From NCBI RefSeq assembly GCF_964188315.1, contig NC_135661.1, forward strand, positions 16,554,001-16,618,000: a stretch of DNA of 64,000 nt, written 5' to 3'. Made by a program: the position numbers and the translations under genes. This stretch comes from Podarcis muralis. Taxonomy: Eukaryota. Under the pieces are notes generated by a model, which was not told where the DNA came from, searched no databases, and saw only the letters and a program-made list of their open reading frames with translations. This document shows positions 45,641-56,500 of the stretch, piece after piece. The number at the start of each line of letters is the position of its first letter. Position 1 is the first letter of the stretch.

Positions 45641-47973
45641 TTATTCATTCCGAGTTGGGCTTGTTTCTTCCTGAGCAGCCCTCTCAGCCTGCTGGGCTTG
45701 TGCTTTCCTCACTCTTTCGGCGTTTGTGATGGTCATCGGATGCAGGGGGAGGAATCCAGAAAGCCCTGGGCGGGGAAAAGAAAAGGCACTTTGTTGTTGC
45801 TGTCTATACTCTTCACGGCAAGGGTGGGGGAACCTCTCTCAGCCTGATGGGTCACATTCGCTTCCAGTCAACTTTCCAGGGGGCATGTATGAATGGTGCG
45901 GGAGGCCAGAGGCAAAAGCGGCTGGAGCACTTTGTGCAGTTATTACCTTTGCACAATAGGCTGCTTTCCCCATCCTCCATCCAGGAAGCTAAGCAAAGAG
46001 GCATTATCAGAGTTCAAGCCAGACACCTGAGAGTGTGAAGCAGGGGCAGTGAGGGGATGTGGCTTAGGCAGAATTCGGAGGGCCACATTTGATCCCTGGT
46101 TCTGAAGCTCTCCTTCCCTGCATTAGGTCTCGAGGTCAACTGTCTAAAGCATAGCACGGTGGGGAGAGTCAGGACACACAAAATCTGGAGTTCATCGCCT
46201 TCAGAAAATGTACCGACTATTTTGCAGTCATATGTCAGGGGTGCATGCTGCTGTTAAGACTACAACTCGCATCTGACCCAATGGCCAATGGTTAGGGATA
46301 ATAGGAGTTGGGAGTCCAAAAAGATACACCTTCCCCAACCCTAGGCTTAAGCGCAAAGCTGTGAAAGAACTGGTTGCCTGGTTGCCCGTGACATCAGGAA
46401 GCACGCTGTGCTTTCCGTTCCACTTGTTCCCCCGGGCAAATTTTCAGCTTAAAAATAAATGGGAGGATTAAGAAAAAAATTTCCTGCATTGAAGGTAGTT
46501 GAATTGGAGGCGCCCTGGGGCCCCTTATACCCTCGTATGATTTTACGAATCATCATTATCAGGAACTGCCTAAGTTCAATGGATAACTGTACAATAATCA
46601 GAATTTTATTCAGCAAAACCCCACCACAAGGATAGGTTATAATAATGCAGGAGTTTGGCATGGTGGGGAAACCATTCAAAATATAAACCACGTTTAATTT
46701 TTGTATAAATGCTTTGTTCAACAAGCAAAATGTCAATCTAAGTAAGGGAACACAGAAAGCGACAACAAAATAGGAGCAACACCCCCCCCCCCCAAAAAAG
46801 AAGGAAACCAGATGGCATTACCCAGAAGTTTCTCGACGGGCTTGGTGAGATGGGCGCCATTGGCAATCCAGTATTTCAGCCGCTCGAAGTTCACACCAAC
46901 GATCCTCTCATTGTGGTCGTTGGGAAGCGGGTCGTAGCACCCAATCTGCTCCAGGTGCTTCCCGTCCCGGGCTCGCTTGTTCTGTGCAGCCACGATCCGA
47001 AAGTAAGGCCTGTTGGCGCAGCCACCCATAGCAAAGCGGATGACGGTATGCGCGTTGTAGTACTTTTTCAGGAGGCAGTGCCCTGGAAGGGAGACCGTGC
47101 AAAGGCAATGTCAACAGAAACCCTGCATTTATTGAAGATTTCCCTCCAGTGGTTAAACAAGCTGAAGGAAATACTTCTTTACACAGAGCAGTTAAGCTGT
47201 AGAACTCGCTCCCAATGGAGGCAGTGATGACCACCAACTCCATAGTGCTTTTCTTCATCTGCAATATATATCACTCATAAATGCTGATTTTTGTTTTTAC
47301 ACCCCACCCCGCCTAGAAGTACCAAATATCTGTTTAGTTACAGTTAATTTTTAAGTCGTTTCAGTCTTTAAACAATGGTAAAAAAAAAAGGTAAAGGTAA
47401 AGGACCCCTGACAGCCAAGTCCAGTCGCAGACGACTCTAGGGTTACAGTGCTCATCTCGCTTTACAGACTGAGGGAGCCGGCGTTTGTTGCAGACAGTTT
47501 TTCCGGGTCATGTGGCGCAACGGACCACAAAGCAGAGCAGCACTCAGAAATGCCGTTTACCTTCCTACCGGAGCGGTACCTCTTTATCTACTTGCACTTT
47601 TTGGCGTGCTTTCGAACTGCTAGGTTGGCAGGAGCTGGAACCGAGCAACGGGAGCTCACCCTGTCACGGGGATTCGAACCGCCAACCTTCTCATAGGCAA
47701 GCCCAAGAGGCTCAGCGGTTTAGACCACAGCACTACCCACGTCCCTTAAACAATGGTACCATTGAATGCAACCTCGCTGTCGCTCCCGGACCCGTTCTGG
47801 GGGCTGGGGTCGGGGGAAGCTGGGGCTTCCCCCGCCCCCAGCCCAGCAAGCTCGGGGGGGGGGGAATAATTTTTTTCCCTTTATTCCCCCCCCCCAAAAA
47901 AAAGTGCGCCCTATGGGCCAGTGCGCCCTATAGGGTGAAAAATACGGTAATCCCACTTACCCAGCTGAACCAT
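45641..47973 (-). CDS. MRPS16: Mitochondrial ribosomal protein S16, 132 aa; coding exons 47973-47961, 47082-46822, 45765-45641; non-coding first exon ends at 48936
   Basis: Translation [112 protein letters not shown]... matches the bS16 family and the recalled human MRPS16 sequence. Splice sites are canonical and the CDS is 13+261+125=399 nt. Confidence 0.97.
47381..47746 (-). mobile_element. Sauria SINE in an MRPS16 intron
   Basis: Full length, with 12-bp TSD TAAACAATGGTA (47369-47380, 47747-47758). Confidence 0.9.
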
Positions 47974-48007
47974 GATGTCTGGTTCCTGTACGGAAGGGGA
48001 AACAGAG

Positions 48008-48060
48008 GTAACAAATCAGATCCCAACACTCAGTAGTAACAAATCAGATCCCAACACTCA
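48008..48060 (+). repeat. 28-bp tandem duplication
   Basis: GTAACAAATCAGATCCCAACACTCA at 48008-48032 and 48036-48060. Confidence 0.95.
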
Positions 48061-48699
48061 TATTAAAACAAACAAAAAAGCGCCATCAGCTTACAGTTAT
48101 GAAATGAGGAACCAGGCTACCTAAATTTCTGCAATTCTAAAATAAACGAGAGAGGGGGATGTGGAATAGGAGTTAGGCCCAGGGAATGAGAACACAGAAT
48201 CCTTGTGGTCAATTCCTCAATTATTCCTAACCCAGAACTGTAGACAGCTCTTTTTATACAGTCAGACCACCAGTCCATTTAGGACTGCCACCTTTGTTCT
48301 GGCAAAATATAGGACAGGATGGGGCAGAGCAGTTGGGGGGGGGGGTTATTTTTTTCCAGCTGGTGCTGAAGTGAATTCAAAGCAATCTATTACAATCTAT
48401 TGGCGCCTCTGAAATTTGTCACACACCCACGAAGTTGTCAATCTGTCTGTGCTTGGCTACCCACAGCTTAAATACATGACCTTTCTCACACCCTTTCGAA
48501 CACATGCATTTGGAGAGGATACCTAACTTGGCAGAGTAAGAGAGAGACACACAGAGAGAGAGCATTTTACACTGAAATACGGGACAATCCTGTATTATAG
48601 AGGACAGGCGGCGACCCTCAATTTAGTAGTTATCTATCCGCAGCGGCTCTGCAAGGTCTCACATAGCGTACACTCCCGACCTTGGGACCTTCCAGATGC

Positions 48700-49400
48700 A
48701 AAGCAGATGCTCAACCACTGAGCTACGCTCCTTCCCCTCAAAATAAAGTAAGGCGCTAGTCCACATGGTTCCGAGAAAAGGGGCTGATTGAAGCAGCCGG
48801 CTTCTCCCCCGCGTGGCGAGCTGCACCTGCTGCCTGAGCCCTTAGCTGCCATTCCCCAAACCCGCGCAAGGCAACTCGGCGCGCTCACACGACCACAATT
48901 CCCCTCCAAGCGACAACCGTAGAGTCGCTACTTACAAGGTCCTGGAGGTCGGAAACCACGTGAGGAGCCCGAGTCGGCCGCGCGCATGCGGCGCAACGAG
49001 CGTGGGAGAGGCGACCAATCAGAACTCGGTGTATTAAAAAAAAAAGACACGACGCCGAAGCGCATGCGCCAGAGGGCGGCGGGAGCTGTAGTTCCGCTTC
49101 CGCGTTGCTAAGCAACCGCATTAGGCCGCGCAGGCAGGGAACCAGCCAGCGCGCTCCTTAGCCGGGCTCCGGCTCGCGCGGCCGGAGAGCCGGGGGAGGG
49201 CGCGCCCCGTGGCCCCTTGGCAGGTGAGGGGGAAGGAGGAGGAGGAGGAGAACGAAGCGAAAGGCCAAGAGAGAGAATAAGAGAACAGGCCCCGCCTCTG
49301 CCTTTTGGCCACGCCCCTTTGGCCTCGCATTTGTTGCGCTTGCCGGCTTCCGATGCGCATGCGTGCGCTGGTAGCCTGCATAGAATCGTAGTTGGAAGGT
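48700..49400. promoter_or_regulatory. CpG-island bidirectional promoter shared by MRPS16 (-) and CCDC27 (+)
   Basis: Locally CpG-dense. NRF1-type GCGCATGCG at 48982, 49060 and 49355; CCAAT at 49015; ZNF143/SBS-like GGGAGCTGTAGTTCC at 49081-49095; palindromic RFX X-box GTTGCTAAGCAAC at 49104-49116. Divergent splice donors at 48935 (-) and 49224 (+). Confidence 0.8.
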
Positions 49401-50585
49401 TTTCCCAGGGTCCAACCCACTGCGAGGTTTAAAGCACCCCAAACATATTAAATTGACTTCTTTTTAATGGATTAATTGATGAATTTAAATAACTATGCAC
49501 ATCATCAAACCTTGATATAGGTGCTTAAAAAAACTCCCCCCCACTTTCTTTTCCAGTTGTTAGAACATACCAGCACATCGAAAACAGCTGGAAAAGGAAA
49601 TAAATGTGGGTCTCTCCTTGTTGACTCAGCCCCACCATTTTATAATTTGTCTTTCCAGACGGATCGACAAAAACATTTGATTGGTTCATCTAGCCACTAA
49701 ACCTTGCGGCCCTGAAATAGATTGCTTTATGCCACGTTCCTAACTGCATTTACTCAAAGGTAAGCTTTAATAGTGGAAGTGATGTTATTTGTGGAGGATA
49801 AGGTTACCTGTGGCTACTAGACAGCTGTGCTCTGCTGTCGAAGGCAGTAGACCTCTTGAATACCTTTTGCTGGGAGAGAGTATATCTTCACTCAGGTCCC
49901 GCTGACAGGCTTCCCAGGGGCTTCTGGTTGGCCACTCCAAAGACAGGACTTTGGACTTTTATTATTATGAATTCAATTTTTATATCGCCAGCTATCAAAA
50001 GATCCCAGGGCTATGTCCAACATTAAAAACACATTACAGAACATCCATGATAAAAAACATAAAAAGCATACGTGCAGACAGCCTAATAAGGCAATAGTCA
50101 TCATCACAGTCCTCTCCCACACACTTTCCACAGGCTAGAGGTTATTTAGTGGCTAAAGGCCTGGGTAAAGAATAATGTTTTTGTCTGGTGCCTAAAGACA
50201 TGTAATGATGGCTCTGGGGAGAGTGTTCCACAATCGGGGAGCCACCACAGAAAAGGCCCGGCTCTTGTCACCCTCCAAACTTTTCTGGGATGGGGGATGT
50301 AGAGAAGGGCCTCAGATGACAAGTGTGTGGTCCAGGTTGGATTAGCCTTTGGCCTGATCCAGCAGCCAAGCTCGTCTCAGTCGGAAGTATGTCCCACTCA
50401 TGTTCAGTAGGCGTGTGGGGGGGGTGTCTATCCACAGACACAGTGTGCATAGGCTCACAGTCTTTGTTCAGTCCTATATACCCCATCTGACAATAAGAAG
50501 GTCTCTTTTTCTCATAACGGGCTTTTAAACTTTGCAGGGCTCTTTACCCCTTTATTGCAACGGGAGCAACTGAGCCGCTGCCCTC

Positions 50586-53500
50586 ATGGAGAAACGTGAC
50601 ACCTTGATGAGGAAGAGCTTCACAGTGCTGCAGGAAATGAGCAACCGGAAGCAGCGGCAGCAGTCGCAGCAGAACAATCCGGTGTGGACTCCTCCATCCA
50701 GCGGCAAAACCATCTCCAGCAAAGCAGGCCAAGCAGTGAGGGAGTACTATGAGAAGCAGGTAGGCAAAGCCTTGATACGAGCAGAATCCTAGCACGAATT
50801 TGAAAGGGCCCTGGACGTTATTTAGTCCAGCCCTGCCTGCTCAGTGCATGATGTCATTAACAGCAGAGGTTGCCGATGTGGCGCCTCCTTTTTTGTCTCC
50901 TTTGCACCCTCAATTCCTCTCCTTCCCCAGGCTAAGGAACAGCTGGCGAGCCCTACAAGGTCTCCCTACACGCCCGAGGAGGAACTGTGGAAATCCTTCC
51001 GCATGCGCCCTGGGTGCCCCAGGTACAGCCACAGAGCTACTTCAACATCTGACCTTGGTAAGGCTCAAGAGGAAGAGGCAGTCTCTGTGGGAAGCCAGTG
51101 GGCTGGAGGACAGCTTTCCCCAACCTATGGTTCTCCATCCAGGCACTGCTGGGCTGCAACTCCCATCAGCCTCCAGCCAGCATGGCCAATGGTAAGTAGT
51201 GGTGGGAGCTGGGAGTCCAACAACATATGGAAGGCAGCAGGTTCCCCATCCCTGAGTTAGGTGGAGCAATGGGCTGTGTTTTTCTGTAGTGCAGAGATGG
51301 GGAACCTCAGCCCAGCACCAAAGGTGGCCCTTCAAGCCTCTCTTTTGGGCCCTTGGGACTCTCTCCAGGCTACATCCTGTTCACAGCCCACACCCCTGTT
51401 GTGTACCTGCATGTGTGCTTTTGTCTGGCTGAGATGCATCATTGTACTCTGCTAACATCTCCTTTCCTTTCCCTAGCTAGCAGGACCAGTGGTCAAGGAC
51501 GATGGGAATTGTAGTCCAAAAACAGTTGGAGGCCCAAGTTTGGGAAACTCTGTCCTAGTCCTACACTCCACCCTCGTCAACACACAGGAAGGATAGAGAG
51601 AGGTGTGGGGGTGCCTATAGAGACTAGTCTACCGCAAAAGTAAAGTTTAAATTTATTGCTCCACCCAGTTTTGCCTCTGGCCTCACCCACCACTAGCATG
51701 TGGCCCCCAGAAGGTTGCTGAAAAGGAAATGTGGCCCTTGGGATGAAAAAGGTTCCCCACCCTGCTCTGGGGGCTGCACTCAAGCAGGTGAGATGTGTGC
51801 AGTATCTAGGAGCAAGCAGTCATCAAAGTACTTTAATGAGCACCTTTCCATCCATCATCAATCAAGAAGGCATCCTAACTGAACTCAAGAAAATCTTACT
51901 TGAACTGTCAGGATGTTGACGTACATTCCAGATAACCGACTCCTGAGCTTGCTAAGTGCTGTTGTAACTCTAACCTGCCCCTCTTCCATAATCTTCTTGC
52001 GTCCAAAATGTCTCTTCGGGAACCAGTGGTCCTCCAGGATGTTGCTGGACTTCAGTTCCCACCAGCCTCAACTATCATGGCCAGTGGTCAGGGAAGAGGG
52101 GAGTTGTGATCATCCAGCAACCTGCTGAGAGCTGAAGGTTTTGTTTTGTGATTTGCTGCATGCTGTCTAAACTGGAAAAGTGGTGCCTCCGTTGTTGGCG
52201 ATTTCCATGCACTGTGTGTGTGAAAGACCCATGTAACCGTCTCCTTCCTCCTCCTCCTTCTCCTTGCAGGGAATGAGATAACCAAAGGCCACCTGCCTTG
52301 CAACATCAGCACCATAAGTCTGTCCTCCCAGCTCTCCTTGGAAGAATGGAACTTGATACTTCAGAGACCAGATATCTTTGAGTCAAAGAGCTGCCTCAGA
52401 TGTGAGTGCCTTTGTCTGACTTGCTGGTTCCCACACAGATCCCTTCCCTCCCCTCCCCTTCCTGCTGCAAACCGGAGTTTACATCTCAGGACTATGCAGA
52501 AAGGGGTGTGGGGCAGGCAGCTTTTGCTATGTTTAAACAAAACTGCAGTGCTTTCGTTTCAGCTGCTATAACTCGCCTCTTTTCAGGCAACTGAGCTGGA
52601 CGATTTCTAGCCTTCCGATGCGGTACATCCCAAGACAGCCTTCTTTTTATAATGTCAATGTATTAAATGTATCGTTAAAGGGCTCCACTATTGCCCATGG
52701 CACCCTGGGTGCTTCCAGACGATTGCTAGACCCGTGTGGGTTTCAGTCGCATCCCAGCAGATTCAGGACTAGCGTCGGAGATGATCCATAGCACTACCTT
52801 GACGGTGCCTTTCTCTCCTCCACTCCGTTGCCATTGCGCGCACAGATTGTCCGGCCTCATCTACTCAGAGCATGTCTGGGTTGCCTAAGTGGAAAAGTTT
52901 CACCAAGGGCTTCACAGGCGACGTCTACCCGAAAAGCCAAATCCGCAAAGGAAGCAGAATCCCATGGTATGTCAGTCTGCTGCAGGAAAAGGTAAGGATG
53001 TAACTGTCAAAGCAGCTTGGCAGAGGAAAGGGAGCAGGGAACTGGGCCGTGCAAGGCTTACTGGAAAGCACTGGCACTGGCCAGGCCCATCCTGGTACCC
53101 TGGATGCTGAGCATGGGGGGGACTCATGCCTGTAGTGGAGTTCTTCAGTATAACCACACTGTTGTGATGTTTAAGGCAACTTTACTTGGTCACAGCAACA
53201 GCCTCTGGGGAGAACGCAAAAGTGGAAACTGCAAGCCTATGAATTACACAGGCTTATATAGAGCCATGCCCTCACCTTAGTTTTACAGGTGCATGGAAAC
53301 TAAGTCCCGTTCTCAGGCGGAAAGCATGCCTGCCATATTGGAGCCTGCTCTCCATCAGACAAACATTAATACAGCCAGAGTAATAGAGCTATCCTTCTCT
53401 AGTTACAGGTTTTTATACCATGTGTAGGCTATTTATCAAAGCATATACAGTTCTACAATTTCCACTACGTGCCCTTCCAGGGAGGCACCCGAAAGTGGGC

Positions 53501-56500
53501 CTTCTGGTGCAGGTCAATGGATCTGAGTAGGTTCAACACCAGGAGAAGCGCTCTGAAAGATATAGGGGTCCTGAACTACACGGGCCTTTATAGACCCAAG
53601 TCGGCATGATGAATTGGGGCTTGGGAACATACAGCTGATGGAAAGATCTCTGGCTCCTGGAGATTGTCTGCCTGTCAGAGTCAAAAATATTGGGCTACAT
53701 CAGTAGTCTTCCTTGTATCTGAGCATGGCTGTCTTCCCTCCCTACACCATATAACAGTCAAGGGCACCTGTTTTCAGCTCGAGGCCACATTCCCTTGTGG
53801 GGAGCCTTCTGCGGGGCCCGCATGCCAGCAGGGGGCACAGCCAGAGGTGGAAAATAGGCAGGGCAGTGGGGGCAGCTCTTTCCCTTTGCACAGCAGCCTA
53901 CATTCCAGCAGGGCTTCTATACAGAAGCATCCATTTCTCCATACTCTGCCAAGGCAAGTAAGAGGCATGAACCGAGCTCTGGAACACCTTCCAGCCAGGC
54001 AGAAACTCTCAAGGAGGGCATAGAGTAGGGCCAGTAAGGGGGAATGGCCGAGGAGTGCTGCAAGGGCCAGGAAGAGCAGCCTGGGCGGCTGCATTTGGCC
54101 TGTAACCTGAGGTTCCCCACCCTTGCCATGTAAATGGACAAAGTGTTTATTGCCCTGGTGGGGCACCCATGTCATGCAACTGTAGGAAGTGTCTTTGAGG
54201 TCTCAACCTGGCTGTTCTCATATCTCCCCCCCTCCCCCCAGGATACAACTTTGAAAAAGATGGAAGCAGAACTCGTCCGCCTTGCCAACTGCGAAGCAGA
54301 GAGCGTCCGGAAGGATGACGTGATCTCAGTCCTCCGGGAGGAGCTGGAAGTGATGCAGATGCAGCTGGACCAGGCCCAGCAGGGGGGTGAGCTCGCCCCA
54401 GTGGAGAGACCCGCCCAGAAGGTTGGCCCAGTCCTTCTTATTTGTTTATTCATTTACTGCCTTTCTGTCCTGCTTTTCCTCCAAGGAGCTGAGATTGGCG
54501 TATACGTGGTTCTCCCCTGCTCCACATTTTACTCTCACAACAGCCCTGCGTGGTAGGTTAAGCTGAGAGGCTGAGGCTAGCTCAAGGTTAACTAGCAGGC
54601 TTCACACCCAAGTGGGGATCTGAACCCGGGTCTCCCGGGTCCTAGTTTGGCACATGAACCACTGTTTTTTAAATTTTCATTTCAACAATTTGCATGTCGC
54701 TTAACCACTATACAGTAAGACTAAATGTGAGTTAAAACTATGAAATCAGCATTCACTTGAACGACCTGCTGAGATAATCTTTGGAAAAGAAAAAAATCAC
54801 TAAGCACTGGACATTCAACAGGCCTGCCTGACCTCAACTGGAAGGGAGCGCCACAAAAATTGGATCCAAGGCACTGAACACAGAGAGGCTCCTAGTGGAT
54901 ATGAGCCATGGGGGACCACTGGCAGCTACCTCATTGCAGGGTGTTGGACTGGATAATCCCCATGGTCCCTTCCAACTCTACAATTCTATGATTCTCTGAT
55001 TCCTGCATTGTGGAGGGTTGGACTAGATGACTCACGAGGTCCCTTGCAACTCTGCAGTTCTATGAAAAGAAGGATCCCGAACCACACGACACTACATTGG
55101 CTGTCTGTGTGTAATTCTGTAAGCCTCTATATGTGCCAGGGGCTCTTACTTTGCAATCCAACTAAAGGGAGAGCAGGGCAAGTGAATGCACAGCCTCTGT
55201 GCTAATGGCAAATGCTTGGAGATATGCTTGGTGGATTCGCCCTCAGTGGTGGCTGGTGCCTATTGGGATTGGTAGGGTGGAAGGCCTGGAGGCCAACAGT
55301 AGGTGGCGCCAAAGCCAGTGGCAGGCACAGCCAGAGTCAATGGCCGGCAGAGTCCCTATGCTTCCTATGCTTTGCATCCTCTGTGCCCAGTATTTCCTAC
55401 AACAGTTCTGAGATAACCTTGCAAGTTCTAGCAGCATTTCCCCAAGTTACTGGAGGGCTGCGCCCTCAGTTTCCAGCTTCAGCGCCTTCTGAATCTTTTA
55501 TCCCTCTCCTTAAAAGGAACCGGAAGAAAAACTTACGGTGCAAGTGAGCGACCCAAACCTGCGCAGGCGAGGTGTCTCTCTGCCGGTCCTTATGAAGCAG
55601 AAGAGCATCCCGGAAGAATTTCGGCAGGAATTGGAGAGGTTGAAATTGGAGCTGGCCCAGACAGATAAACAGGTGGACTCCAATATGGCTCTCCTTAGCA
55701 AGACGCTGCTGAAGGAACAGAATGAACTGGAGCAGCTGGAGAAAGAGGTAAGCCCAAAGACCAGTCGGGGAGAAATTTTTCTACACTCGTAGCACATTCG
55801 TTTCCCAAGCTCTGGTGTCCATAGAGCCGAAACAGCACCGTCCGCACAAAAGAGGGGAAGTTTCTGCAGGTATGGGGAACACACAAAGATTTGCAGAAGT
55901 ACAGAATGTCTATGGGGCTGGGCAGAACCCTGCCCCCTCCCCAAGCTAGAGATGGGCACCCTTTGACCTGTGGTTCAGTTGTGGCCCCCAGGATTGCCTA
56001 CCTGGCCCTTGGGAGTCCCTTTCCCTTGCTATCCTGCCTTTCCCCTAGGCCACAGGAAGACCTCATTCTCTAGTGTCCAAACTGACCTGGCTGGCACCCT
56101 CCTTATCAGGGTCAGAGTCAGCAGTGGTGAAGTTAGGTGGTTTTAGACTCTGGTCTTAAGGACCCTACTCCTTTAGAAGGTTCAATCCCCAGTGTCTCCA
56201 GGTCACCCTCTTGAGGTGCTGCCAGTCCATGTAGACAATGCTGAACAAAGTGGAGCAAGCTTCTGGCTTGGTTTAAGAAAGGTTTTATGTGCCTAAGTCA
56301 TCCTCATCACTTTGCTTACTTCCAAATGTGGTCCGACCTGCTGCTGCGTTTAACGGGGGCCCATCTGTTCACTCTGTGGGGTCCCAGGACCTGTACCCTA
56401 AAGTTCTGCCTCGTTGGTGAGTAAAAGGTCTAATCCAGGCAGGGAAAATGGAGGAAGAAGGGGAAACGTTTGAGTAGAGGAACCTAGCAGAGGCCAGTTT

